In this document: positions 49,577-59,722 of the stretch, one piece after another
How the letters are laid out: the number at the start of each line of letters is the position of its first letter
Numbering within the stretch: the stretch's first letter is position 1
Assembly: GCA_039028615.1 (NCBI GenBank)
Contig: JBCCHT010000005.1
Span: 224,001-288,000, forward strand
Direction: 5' to 3'
DNA length: 64,000 nt
DNA from: Myxococcota bacterium
GTDB lineage: Bacteria; Myxococcota_A; Polyangia; Nannocystales; Nannocystaceae
The notes under the pieces: model-generated
The model's input: only the letters and a program-made list of their open reading frames with translations
Databases searched by the model: none
What the model was told of the DNA's origin: nothing
Made by a program: the position numbers and the translations under genes

Positions 49577-50491
49577 GTGATCTGGCTCGGGGAGCGCCGC
49601 GGACATCTCGTCGATTGGGTGACGCAGCGCTGGGTTCAGCTCACAGGCAGGCGGATGGCCCTCGACGACGCGCCCTGGCTGCAGGGCCCGTGCGGCTCCA
49701 CCCACATGATCGGGGATGGGTTCTTCGAGGCGTTCGCGGCCGAGCAGGGGCTTTGTGTGTGCCCGGCGGACGACCGGGCGGGGCTCATCGGGGGCATGGC
49801 CGCGCTGGCCGGGCCTCGCTTCGACGCGGCCGAGGTGCACCCGACGATCGACCAGTTCTACGCTCACACCGCGGCGTTCGATCTCGAGCTGAGGAGTCGC
49901 TGGTCGGGGCCCTTCCGCGTCTTGGGATGGCTCATCGGTCGGATCTTCGCGCGTCGCCTCGCGCAGCTGAACATGCCGCTCGACGACGAGGAACTCGCGG
50001 GAGGGGTGCGCAGCCGCATCATTCAGCTCGCCGACGCCGAGGGGCGCGTCCGCCACACCGGATGGGTGCGCACCGCGATCCGTACCGGGCGCCCCGTGTT
50101 CGTCGGTCAGTACGGCGTCGACGAGATTCCCGGGCACGACGGCCCGTGCATCAAGGTCGTGTTTCCGCTGCCCAACGGCAACGCCACGATCTTCCTACGC
50201 CCGCAGGTGACTGAGGACGGTGGCCTCACCTTGCTCAGCGACGGTCGCCGGTTCGGAGACCCCGGCTTTTACTTCACGGTCGTCGCCGGCCCGGGGCAGG
50301 TCTGGGCCCGCTACGTACGGACGATGAAGGAGACGCTGAGCCTGAGCGCCACCGACGAGGGCATCCGGGCCACGCATCGGTTTCGCGTGTTCGGCCTGCC
50401 CTTCGTCGAGCTGCGCTACACCATCACGCCCAAGCGCGCGGCAGAGGCTGGCGCTCAGGTGGTCTCGGGCGCCCAGAGCACTTCGTCGTAG
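49577..50491 (+). CDS. Conserved hypothetical protein
   Basis: Typical codon bias; protein-like sequence (VHPTIDQFYAHT, FPLPNGN). Confidence 0.7.
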   Translation: MIWLGERRGHLVDWVTQRWVQLTGRRMALDDAPWLQGPCGSTHMIGDGFFEAFAAEQGLCVCPADDRAGLIGGMAALAGPRFDAAEVHPTIDQFYAHTAAFDLELRSRWSGPFRVLGWLIGRIFARRLAQLNMPLDDEELAGGVRSRIIQLADAEGRVRHTGWVRTAIRTGRPVFVGQYGVDEIPGHDGPCIKVVFPLPNGNATIFLRPQVTEDGGLTLLSDGRRFGDPGFYFTVVAGPGQVWARYVRTMKETLSLSATDEGIRATHRFRVFGLPFVELRYTITPKRAAEAGAQVVSGAQSTSS

Positions 50492-51057
50492 GCCAAGCGG
50501 TGGGCCACGGCCCGCCCCAACACGAAGAAGTAGTCGCTCAAGCGGTTGAGATAGCGAACCGCCTCGGGCCGGACCTGCTCGCCCTCGCTGTCCGACAGCT
50601 CCACCGAGCGTCGCTCGGCCCGGCGGCACACGGTGCGAGCCAGGTGGGTCGATGCGCCTACGGGGCCTCCGCCGGGAAGCACGAAGCTCTTGAGCGGCGG
50701 CAGCGGGTCGTTCCAGGCATCGAGTTCTTTTTCGAGTCGCTCGATGTGTCGCTCTTCGACCTTCAGCTTTGCGCCGCCCTCCGCTGCGCTCGGGGTGGCC
50801 AGCTCGGCGCCCAGGTTGAACAGCTCCTGCTGGATGCGCGCGAGTTGGGTGTCGAGCTCGTCGAGCACGACCTCTGCCCCCGCCCGACGGGGCTCGCGGG
50901 CAACCTCGATGCGGACCAGGCCGACGCAGGCATTGAGTTCATCGACGACGCCATAGGCCTCGATGCGCAGCGCGCTTTTTCGGACCTTGTCACCGCTGGC
51001 GAGCATGGTGTTCCCGCCATCACCGGACTTCGTGTAGACCTTGGAGATGTAGACCAT
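50455..51057 (-). CDS. pduO: ATP:cob(I)alamin adenosyltransferase (PduO type)
   Basis: KVYTKSGDGG, RIEAYG.VDELN, FVLPGG, ARTVCRRAER, YLNRLSD. Confidence 0.92.
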   Translation of the reverse strand: MVYISKVYTKSGDGGNTMLASGDKVRKSALRIEAYGVVDELNACVGLVRIEVAREPRRAGAEVVLDELDTQLARIQQELFNLGAELATPSAAEGGAKLKVEERHIERLEKELDAWNDPLPPLKSFVLPGGGPVGASTHLARTVCRRAERRSVELSDSEGEQVRPEAVRYLNRLSDYFFVLGRAVAHRLAYDEVLWAPETT

Positions 51058-51285
51058 GGATCTGGAGCGAGATGCATATACCATCCAGGGGTCGTCGCGC
51101 TTTGGTGGCGCGCGAATTTCTGCATGGCCCTGGCGGGCTTTGCCGCCATGGCCAGGTGTGAGCAGAACGTGTGCCGCAGGACGTGGGGCCCGCGGCCCGG
51201 GCGGCCTCGCTCGAGGTCGATGTCCGGCCCCAGCTGTGGTCGAAGCTCGCAACACCGGAGCCGGCCTCGCCGCCAAGAGTGCGCC

Positions 51286-51810
51286 TCAGCCGAACTTCGG
51301 CATGGCCTTGCCTTCCCACGGCATGTTCATCGTCGCGACGCTGGTGAGTCGATGTTTGGCGAGCAAGCCCGGGATGCGCTTGAAGTTCACGTTGACGCCG
51401 TGCTTTTTGGCGTCCATCGCCATCCGAATCGGTCCCTTGTCGCTCTTTTCCACCAGCTTTTGGAACTCGACGCCCGCGTTCAGCTCGATGTAGTCGCTGG
51501 GCGTGTCGGTGGCGTTCCAAAAGCAGTGCTCCACCCCGGCTGGCTTGCGGACGAAGCCGCCGGGCGGCACGGTGAAGCGCAGCCCATCTTCACCGCCGAC
51601 CTCGAACTCCAGCTCGCCGGAGGCCACGTAGACGGCCTGATCCTCGTCGTCGTGGGTGTGGGGGGCGAGAAGCTGGTGGGGGACGAGCGTCACCTTCATT
51701 GCGGAGAAGACGCCGCCCGTGTGCTCGGTGCCGATGGGGATGTAGATGTTGCTGCCGATCCGCTTTCCCTGCCCGGGAAGCACGAGGAGGTCTTCAACGG
51801 TGTGGTCCAT
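51286..51810 (-). CDS. Cupin domain protein
   Basis: PHTH..EDQ..YV.SGE and P.GVEHCFWN cupin motifs. Confidence 0.85.
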   Translation of the reverse strand: MDHTVEDLLVLPGQGKRIGSNIYIPIGTEHTGGVFSAMKVTLVPHQLLAPHTHDDEDQAVYVASGELEFEVGGEDGLRFTVPPGGFVRKPAGVEHCFWNATDTPSDYIELNAGVEFQKLVEKSDKGPIRMAMDAKKHGVNVNFKRIPGLLAKHRLTSVATMNMPWEGKAMPKFG

Positions 51811-51901
51811 AGCCTAGCTCCTTGGGGCCTTTCGGGTGCCGTCGCGTAGAATCGACCGACACGCTCTCAAGCTAGTGCCCACCCCTTTGATGGTCCGCGC
51901 G

Positions 51902-52945
51902 ATGCACGACAAAGATCGAGCCGTTGACGCCAACCCCCCGGGACCGTCCATGCTGGCGAACTTCATGACCACGGCGGCGGCCTATGCGGTGCAGCGTGGC
52001 GTGCCCCTCGAGCGTATCGCCGAGGCTGCTGGACTTGAGCCCCACGCCCTGATCGCGGCCCCCGACCGGGTGCCCGAGGACGCAGTGTCGCGCATCCTCG
52101 GCCTGCTGCAGCAGCACGTCCCCGATGAGGCGGTCGCCTTGGACATGGCAGCGGCGGCGCCTTTGCACTTTTTGGGACCGCTGGAGCCCGTCGCCCGCCT
52201 CGTGCCCGATCTGCGCACGGGCATCGATACGTTCGTACGCTACTGCAGCGTGCTGTCCACGAGCGTCGTCCTGGAGTTCATCGAGGCGCCGCCGGGGCCG
52301 ATGCTTCGCCTCGAGCACCCGAACGACGTGCAGTTCGGGGCACTCAGCACGGAGATGGGTCTCGCGATGGGAGCACGCGTGGTCACGATCGGGTTTGGTC
52401 TTCCCGATGCTCTACGGGCGGTGTGGCTCGCCCACGCACCGACGGCCCCCTTGGAGCGCTACGCGGACGCGTTCTCCGTCCCGGTGCGCTTCAATGCTGA
52501 GTTCAACGCGTTGTTGTTCGACCCCGAGCGGCTCGACGATCCCGTGGAGCCTGACGCGAGCCCGCGGTTGCGTATCCTGCGGGCCCACCTCGAGCTCGTT
52601 CGGGAGCAGCTCGAGCAGCAGCAGGAGCCGGCCGAACTCCGACGCATCCGCGACTGTGCGGCACGCAACGCGGCCCAGCGGGAGTACAGTGCCGCGGCCC
52701 TGGCCCGCCGCGTCGGCATGAGCCTGCGAACGTTGCAGCGGCGTGTCCGTGAACTGGGCACGTCCGTGCAAGCGCTCATCGATGACGTGCGCGCGGCGAC
52801 GGCACGCCAACTGCTCTCCGACTCGGAGCTGAGCTTCCACGAGGTTGCTTTCGCACTAGGCTACACCACCGAGAGCGCCTTCCGTCGGGCCTTCCGCCGA
52901 TGGACGGGACAGAGCCCGGCACACTATCGGCGCTCGCTGGCCTAG
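51902..52945 (+). CDS. AraC family transcriptional regulator
   Basis: MSLRTLQRR, LGYTTESAFRRAFRRWTGQSP; divergent from the cupin gene. Confidence 0.92.
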   Translation: MHDKDRAVDANPPGPSMLANFMTTAAAYAVQRGVPLERIAEAAGLEPHALIAAPDRVPEDAVSRILGLLQQHVPDEAVALDMAAAAPLHFLGPLEPVARLVPDLRTGIDTFVRYCSVLSTSVVLEFIEAPPGPMLRLEHPNDVQFGALSTEMGLAMGARVVTIGFGLPDALRAVWLAHAPTAPLERYADAFSVPVRFNAEFNALLFDPERLDDPVEPDASPRLRILRAHLELVREQLEQQQEPAELRRIRDCAARNAAQREYSAAALARRVGMSLRTLQRRVRELGTSVQALIDDVRAATARQLLSDSELSFHEVAFALGYTTESAFRRAFRRWTGQSPAHYRRSLA

Positions 52946-53160
52946 CGATCGCCGTCCAGATCGTCGGCGACAGTCTCGAACTCGGCCGGCTCGCTCGCAA
53001 CCATCACGCTCGGGACTCCTGCGTGCAGTACCCACAGTCCGACGTGCAGTTCGTGCTGCTGTTTCAACCGAGTGACGAGTGCGAAGTTGCCGTGTTGGTG
53101 GATGGCAACCGGCTCTGCCGTTCGCAGAGAACGACTTCTCGGTGGGTCGCGTCGCGATGC

Positions 53161-53386
53161 CTAGTCAGGATCGGCGGTGATGCGGTCCCAGTCGACCTGC
53201 GCCTCGCGAAGCCGATCGCCCAGGTGCTGAATGACCGCCTGCACGCGTCGCGGAAGCAGACCGCGATGCGGATACACGGCGTACACGCCATAGCGCCCCG
53301 GGATCCGCCACTGTGGGAGCACGCGCACCAGCTCTCCACGCTCGAGGTACTCGTCGGCGATGACGGCGACAAGGCGCCGACCCCCG
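53161..53386 (-). pseudogene. Duplicated 3' fragment of the LysR gene (left direct repeat of the island)
   Basis: About 95% identical to 63612-63836; 1-nt deletion; no 5' part. Confidence 0.9.
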
Positions 53387-53390
53387 ACCC

Positions 53391-53495
53391 AATCCATCCA
53401 ACGGGACGAGCTCGAAGCGAGTGAGAACCGACGGCGGCGAACTCGAGCAGAAGGTGCCACGCGATCGCAACGGTACCGTCGAGCCTGAGCTCGTA
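53391..53495 (+). pseudogene. IS256-family transposase fragment
   Basis: NPSNGTSSKRVRTDGGELEQKVPRDRNGTVEPELV matches the IS256 RNG..K...T..G....VPRDR.G.FEP motif. Confidence 0.7.
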
Positions 53496-53937
53496 GTTCT
53501 ATGGCAGTGGAAGCGCTGCCAGGTCGGCGGCGCCAGTCATTCGCCTGGGTCCTGCTGGCCGGCCATCGTCTTTAAACCTTGGCCTCGCGGCAAATCGGCG
53601 GCCCTCGCAGGGTAAATAGCGCAAAGCTGAAGGCCCTCGAGTCATTGCGACCACCGGGAATGCGTAACTACGACTTCCGCGGTGACTAGTAGGGGCGAGG
53701 ATGACGACGCCGGTCGCGTGCCCAACGTTAGTCGGCGCCACCATATGCATCGATCGCCTTCTCGCACACTACAAAGCGAAGCTGTCAATGAAGGACTTTC
53801 GCGACGCGGATCGGGTGCTGTTTGCCGGGAAATCGTGATGGCCTCGATGGACCCGCCGCGTCAGACTCGCCCTCAGCTTCGCCGTTCGAGGCCGGCGTCG
53901 GCTTAGCAAGTGCACGTACCTCGCACCAAAGGCGGCC

Positions 53938-54198
53938 TCATGTGACAGCGTGACGGCTTCGTTTCGAACGCAACAGCGTCATCGCGAACTCGTGATCGAG
54001 ATCGTAGGCCGCGAACACGACTTCTCTTCGCATCCGCCCCAAGGTGAGGGAGTGCGACAATTGGCCCAGCTGCTGCCCCCGCGTGGACGTCCATTGACTT
54101 GTTGATCAATCGGCCTCGATCCCTCGGGACGTACTGACTCCCGGAATTCGGGCGCGGCGCTGGAGCCGAGCATCGACATCCGTGGATTCTAGTTGCAT
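53938..54198 (-). pseudogene. Possible decayed Ser/Thr kinase N-terminus
   Basis: RBS plus ATG, internal TGA, then GQQLGQL...LGRMRREVVFAAYDLDHEFAM resembling kinase subdomains I-II. Confidence 0.35.
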
Positions 54199-54231
54199 CG
54201 TCTCTCCGTTCTCCTGTTCTTTGCTCCCTAT

Positions 54232-55248
54232 TCAGGGGGGAACCGGTACGCCATCGAATGGCGAGATGTCCGCGTTTTCGGGCCTCTCCTGCTGAACGCA
54301 GCCCTCGTTCTTGGCGTATTTGATGTTCTTCCATGCAGTCGTAGACGTATGATCCGAAATTCCTCCCACCCAACCTCGGTATTGTGTCGGCCTGAATCCG
54401 AGCAGTAGAGCCTCATCTTCTTCCTCGACCTCAGGGGTGTCTGGTTGAAACGCAGGGGTGGCACTGCTGCTGCTGGTAGTCCTGTACTGATATCGTATAT
54501 CCAGCGGAAAACCAAGCATGTCGAAGGGGCGGCCTCCACCTATGAGATGGTCACAGTCTTTCACGTCTTCTTCAACGTAGAAACTCTTGATTCCGCCATG
54601 CCACATTATACATACATCCCCGAATGTCTCTTCTGTCGATTCTTCTGAGACGTTGTTCATCCCGCGTTCTGTTGTTGAAACTGAGACCCATACCTGCGAC
54701 CCTTCAGAGTACGTCTTGAAGTGATCGTAGGGATCTGCATTTTCTGTCAATTTCGGATTCTTCGAAGCCGCCATAAATCCGAATTTTTGCCATGAATTCG
54801 GGTGCCGCCCATCCACTCGGTAGAGCTCTGGAATGTCCAAGACACGACCTGATGACCTGCTTCCGCTGGCCTTCTGGCTGACCAAGTTCATCCATTGCCG
54901 TAGGTCGCATGCTCCAGGAGAGGAGTTTGAGGTCTCTAGATATTGTTCAAGGCTCGCGATCTGAGCCGTGTCGATCGATGGTGCTTCTCCGCTGACGACG
55001 ACGTCGTCCAAAACGAGATCGAGTACTTGTGCGGCTGCGTCTGCTACGCAGTCGGCCTTGAGCTCGTCACCTACGCATCTGCATTGTTCGTTGGCTCGGT
55101 TGACCACGAAATTTCCGAACCCGAACGACGTCCATCTCGTACTGGAGACGCTCGCTGGTGGCGCAGAGGGATCTCGAGTTGAATCGCAGCCGACGAGCGT
55201 TCCACAGGCAAGCATATATGATAATGCTGAGGTGAGAGATATTCGCAT
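54232..55248 (-). CDS. Lipoprotein with cholera/pertussis-toxin-like (R-S-E) ADP-ribosyltransferase domain
   Basis: Lipobox LVGC; LYRVDGRHP, GF, YDH, WVSVST and EEEDEALLLG..PTQYRGW motifs in canonical order. Confidence 0.72.
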   Translation of the reverse strand: MRISLTSALSYMLACGTLVGCDSTRDPSAPPASVSSTRWTSFGFGNFVVNRANEQCRCVGDELKADCVADAAAQVLDLVLDDVVVSGEAPSIDTAQIASLEQYLETSNSSPGACDLRQWMNLVSQKASGSRSSGRVLDIPELYRVDGRHPNSWQKFGFMAASKNPKLTENADPYDHFKTYSEGSQVWVSVSTTERGMNNVSEESTEETFGDVCIMWHGGIKSFYVEEDVKDCDHLIGGGRPFDMLGFPLDIRYQYRTTSSSSATPAFQPDTPEVEEEDEALLLGFRPTQYRGWVGGISDHTSTTAWKNIKYAKNEGCVQQERPENADISPFDGVPVPP

Positions 55249-55366
55249 GCGGTTCTCTTTCATTGGTGTCGGCATGACGATTGAACGGGCATCGCCGTTC
55301 TGAGCCTCCTTGATTGGGAAGCCGAGAGTGCCTAGTAAGTCGCGAATGCGGACCATGTCTATGCAG

Positions 55367-55772
55367 CGGAGGTTCTCAAACGAAATGAGACAGTACTGGT
55401 TGGAATGGACTGAATGTTCGGCGCGAGCTGCGCTTGCTGTTCCGTGGTGAGCGTCCTCGGTGCAGGCTTGTTGATCCGCACCGCGGTGGGAAGCGGCGAC
55501 GGCTTGGGCAGGCGTCGTGGGAAGCGTTCTGGATGAGCCTCGACGGCAGCGGCGAGTGCTTCGGCGCGCCGGCTCCACTTGTCCTGAGCGAGGCCGTGGT
55601 GGACGTCGTAGGGGGTCATGGGGCCGAGCGCGAAGTGGTAATGTTCATGGTTGTCACCGTCGACGAAGTCGCGGTTGTGGGCCTCGGTTTGCCCTGGTTT
55701 GTAGAAGCTTGCGGGGAATTCGGGGTAGTGCTTCAGCGTTTTGAGACGAAACTCGGGGTAGGGGTTGTCTGC
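55367..55772 (-). pseudogene. IS3-family transposase C-terminal relic with putative terminal end
   Basis: DNPYPE..LKTLKHYPEFP...NHEHYH..LG.MTP.DVH.G...HPERF....P..LPTAVRINKP; TGTCTCA...CCG end-like sequence at 55367-55392. Confidence 0.75.
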
Positions 55773-55918
55773 GATTCGGGTTCCGGTAGGACTCCCCAGA
55801 GCGAGACAGAGGAAACGCCTGAACGACTCGAGATCAGGGGTTCGATACGCGAGACCGTTGAGGAGCGCTGGGAAGTCCTGGATGATGAGCCTGCGCGCTC
55901 GAGGTCCTCACGTACGAA

Positions 55919-56082
55919 CTGCAGTCGAAGTACCTCGATGATTGCCCGCAGACGCAGCTGTCCTGGGTGTTCGCGGGGCAAGGGGTGGAGCTGCGCCGAA
56001 ACCACCTGGAGAATTGGGTGGCAGCGGCGGCATCTCTGCTCGACTCGCTGGCGGCGGATCCATGCATTCGCGGTGCTGTCTG
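55919..56082 (+). pseudogene. IS66-family TnpC fragment
   Basis: SKYLDDCPQTQLSWVFAGQGVELRRNHLENWVAAAASLL resembles IS66 KY.DH.PL.R...F...GV.L.R.TL..WV. Confidence 0.6.
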
Positions 56083-56481
56083 ATGTGTCGTAGTTCGACG
56101 AAACGCACCGGGAACGTTCTCGATCGTGACGCCTCGAAGAAACATCGAGCGGGAGCATCGATGAGGGCTGGTTGGCGACCAGGCCTTCGTGTCGTTTCGC
56201 TACACGGAGAAACTGGACCGCGCAGCTGGCCGACGGGTTCCCGGGGCGCGGTTTGGGTGGGTGCTGGTAGTCGGGTACGTGTGGGCCCATGGCCGGCGCT
56301 CGACCGCTTTCGTGGTCCTGATTCAGGACGGAGGTAGCGTTGAGCAGTACCAGAGCGCGGGAACGTGTTTCAGTAGGGTTTCGAGACCGAGCCGTCGCTG
56401 TTCGCTCAGTTCCCACGTTGCGCGAGCGCGCGACACCCTTGCGTTGCGTGGACGCGGTGAGAATGAAAGGATAGACGATGG

Positions 56482-59418
56482 ATGCGGTCGGGTGACGACC
56501 TTCATGGGGACGAGACGAGACCGTCGCATCGGGTCGCTGGCGCGCAGTTGCCCGCGGAGAGTACGCCAACCCGCACGCTGGCTCCTGCTAGTGAAGCTTC
56601 GGTGCCGTTGGACGCCAAAGCTCCACGCGAGTTGTTAGGCCACCGCATCGGCCGTTTCTCGGTGCTGGAGTTACTCGGCCGGGGTGGCATGGGGACGGTG
56701 GTCGCCGCCTACGATGAGCACCTCGACCGGAAGGTGGCGATCAAAGTCCTGCACGAGAATCGGGCGGGCGATGAGGATGACCAGCAACGACTGTGGCGAG
56801 AGGCACAGGCCCTTGCTCGCTTCTCACACCCGAACGTCGTGACGGTGCACGAGGTGGGGCGTCATCGCGGCGGGGTGTTCGTCGCGATGGAGTTCGTGCG
56901 AGGACAGAGTTTGGGGGCCTGGCAGCGTACGGAGCCCGGCTGGCGAGCCGTGCTCGACGCGTACGTGCAGGCAGGCCAGGGGCTCAAGGCCGCGCACGAA
57001 GTAGAGATGGTTCATCGTGATTTCAAGCCGAGCAACGTGATGCGGACGAAAGATGGCTTGGTGAAGGTGCTGGACTTCGGCCTGGCCCGACACGAGACCG
57101 ATGCGTCCCCCAAGGAACGAGTGTCCGAAATGGGGAGGCGCAGGCCGATATCGTCTTCGCTGACGGAATCGGACACGGTGGTGGGAACCCCACCCTACAT
57201 GGCACCCGAGCAGCATGACGGGGAGCACGTCGATGCACGCAGCGACCAGTACGGGTATTGCGTTGCGCTCTGGGAGGGCCTGACGGGCGCGCGGCCGTTT
57301 CTCGGAATCGATTTCGACGAACTGTTGGCGAACAAGCAGCAGGGAGCGCCGCGTTGGCCCACGGACGCCCCGGATGTTCCCCCGGTCGTCGTCCGAGCAT
57401 TGCAACGGGGTCTGTCGCCGAAGGCAGAGGATCGATGGCCGTCGATGGATGAACTCCTACGGGTTCTGCGTTGGGACCCGAGCCGTCGCCGGTGGCGTTG
57501 GGTGTTGGGCCTTTCCATCGTGGCGCTCGTGGGACTGGGTGGCACGACGGTCTTTGCTTGGGCGCAGGCCCGGGCTGAACGCTGCGGGGGTGCAAGGGCC
57601 AAGCTCGCGAGTATTTGGGACGACAGCCGCCGCGCCGAAGCCAAGACCGCAGTCCTGGGAGTCGACCGGCCCTACGCCCCGGACGTATGGAGTCGAACCG
57701 AGCAGGGGCTCGACACGTATGCCAGCGCATGGGTCGAGATGCACACCGAGGCCTGCGAAGCAACGACCGTGCGTGGCGAGCAGTCGCAACAGATGCTCGA
57801 CCTTCGAATGAGGTGCTTGCACCTTGCATCGGTTGATCTCCAAGCGACGGTTGATACGCTCGCGGACGCTGATCCGAATGTAGTGGACAAGGCCCACCAA
57901 CTGGTGGCGAAGCTACCACCGCTGTCACGCTGTGCAGACACCGGAATCCTGGAGACGAAGTTCGAGCTTCCGCTGCCTCATGAAGCAGAACGAGTGAAGC
58001 AAGCGCGCCAGCGGCTGGCACGATCCCGCAGCGAGCGAGCAGCAGGGCGCGCGACGGATGCTCTTGCCGAGATCGAGGCATTGACCCCCTTGCTCGATGA
58101 TGTGGAGTACGGCCCGGTGCAAGCACGGCGGGCTCTCGAGAGAGGCAGAGTGCTCGACGCGCTGGGCAAGTACGACGCAGCCGAAGTGGCGCTGACCAAG
58201 GCGCTTGAGCTTGCCTCGCGAGAGAAGCTCTGGGACGAGTTGGCTCTTGCCGCCGAGGAGTTGATGGTCCTCATTGGTTATGGCCAGCGGCGAATGGACG
58301 AAGGTTTGCGGTATTGGCCCATGGTCCAGGGGTTGTCCGAGAAGGATCCCGAGCGGTTTGCTTCCGCGCACAATAGCCTTGGGACCATCCTCAAGGCGCA
58401 GGGAAAGTACGAACAGGCCGAGACCGAACTTCGAGCCGCGCTGGCATCCTGGGAACGAGTGCCCGAACCTCATGAACTCGATGTCGCTCGAGTGCGCAAC
58501 AACCTCGGCGTCGTCTTCTTCTCGCAAGGGAAGTATGAGCAGGCTGTAGTCGAATACCGAGCCGCGCTCTCGTTGCGGGAAAAGGCTCTGGGACCCGGCC
58601 ACCCCGTGGTCGCAAGGTCGCGCAATAATCTCGGCGCGGCCTATTACTCGCAAGGGAAGCATGAGCAGGCCGAGATCGAGTATCGGTCCGCGCTTTTGTC
58701 ATGGGAAAACGCGTTGGGAGCAGGCCACCCTGACGTTGCAAGCGGGCGCAACAACCTTGGCGCCGTTCTCCAGAAACAGGGGAAGTACGAGCGGGCCGAG
58801 GTCGAGTTTCGAGCTGCGCTTTCGTCATGGGCAAAGACGCTGGGAGCGGAACACCCCGACGTTGCACGGGCGCGCAACAATCTTGGTACGGTTCTCGATA
58901 GGCAAGGGAAGTACGAAGAGGCCGAGGCTCAGCTTCGAGCCGCGGTGGCATCGTGGGAGAAAATGCCGGGTGCCGAAAAAACCGACGCCGGAGTCGCGCG
59001 CAAGAACCTAGGCCTGCTCCTCGAGAAACAGGGGAAGTACGAAGAGGCCGAAGTCGAGCTTCGAGCCGCCTTGGCCTCATGGGAAAAGAGCTTGGGAGCT
59101 GATCATCCCCACGTCGTCCCGTTGCTCGACAGTCTCGCTTCTTTGCTGCTGAGGGAGGGACGTATGGATGAGGCCTTGCAAGTCGTGAACAAAGCGTGGA
59201 CACGGCACCGAGAAGCCGGCGTCGAACCACACAAACGAGCACGGACTGCGTTCGTCCTCGCCCGAGTTCTGTGGTCCATCGAGGGGGCGGAGCAGGACCG
59301 AGCGCGCGCCCTAGACTTGGCTAAGGACGCCGCCGTATCCTATCGGGTCGCGACGGGCCAGCATGCGGAGGAATTGAAGGAGGTCGAGCAATGGCTCGAT
59401 CTCCATCGCGGACCCTGA
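56482..59418 (+). CDS. Ser/Thr protein kinase with TM segment and TPR repeats
   Basis: GRGGMG, VAIK, HRDFKPSN, DFG, GTPPYMAPE; about six 42-aa NNLG...QGKYE.AE repeats. Confidence 0.95.
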   Translation: MRSGDDLHGDETRPSHRVAGAQLPAESTPTRTLAPASEASVPLDAKAPRELLGHRIGRFSVLELLGRGGMGTVVAAYDEHLDRKVAIKVLHENRAGDEDDQQRLWREAQALARFSHPNVVTVHEVGRHRGGVFVAMEFVRGQSLGAWQRTEPGWRAVLDAYVQAGQGLKAAHEVEMVHRDFKPSNVMRTKDGLVKVLDFGLARHETDASPKERVSEMGRRRPISSSLTESDTVVGTPPYMAPEQHDGEHVDARSDQYGYCVALWEGLTGARPFLGIDFDELLANKQQGAPRWPTDAPDVPPVVVRALQRGLSPKAEDRWPSMDELLRVLRWDPSRRRWRWVLGLSIVALVGLGGTTVFAWAQARAERCGGARAKLASIWDDSRRAEAKTAVLGVDRPYAPDVWSRTEQGLDTYASAWVEMHTEACEATTVRGEQSQQMLDLRMRCLHLASVDLQATVDTLADADPNVVDKAHQLVAKLPPLSRCADTGILETKFELPLPHEAERVKQARQRLARSRSERAAGRATDALAEIEALTPLLDDVEYGPVQARRALERGRVLDALGKYDAAEVALTKALELASREKLWDELALAAEELMVLIGYGQRRMDEGLRYWPMVQGLSEKDPERFASAHNSLGTILKAQGKYEQAETELRAALASWERVPEPHELDVARVRNNLGVVFFSQGKYEQAVVEYRAALSLREKALGPGHPVVARSRNNLGAAYYSQGKHEQAEIEYRSALLSWENALGAGHPDVASGRNNLGAVLQKQGKYERAEVEFRAALSSWAKTLGAEHPDVARARNNLGTVLDRQGKYEEAEAQLRAAVASWEKMPGAEKTDAGVARKNLGLLLEKQGKYEEAEVELRAALASWEKSLGADHPHVVPLLDSLASLLLREGRMDEALQVVNKAWTRHREAGVEPHKRARTAFVLARVLWSIEGAEQDRARALDLAKDAAVSYRVATGQHAEELKEVEQWLDLHRGP

Positions 59419-59722
59419 ACTCGGTTGAGGATGCAGGCCCGAGACGTTGGTTCGGTGAGTTGGGGAACGCCGCGGCCCCGGTGGCGAACGTCGTAGTTAT
59501 GTGCATGGTCGTCGTGGATGCGACCAGTGTTTCTGAGAGGGAGCCACCTTCTCGCGGAGCTGGCCAAGGCGTAGTGCGCCACGCGTCGCGAACAACTGGA
59601 GCTGGTCGAGGTCAAGGAGCAGCGGCCGCTCGCCGGGGTTTTTTTGCAAAGAGGTGAGTAAATCGGGGCTGTGCAGTGACCTGTTGTGTGTCGTGGTCCT
59701 GCGACGCCGAAGTGACTGAACC

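Noticed and set aside
52946..53160. Open minus-strand frame ending ...ETVADDLDGDR-stop
   Set aside because: Could be a truncated gene end at the island border, but it has no start and no identifiable motif.
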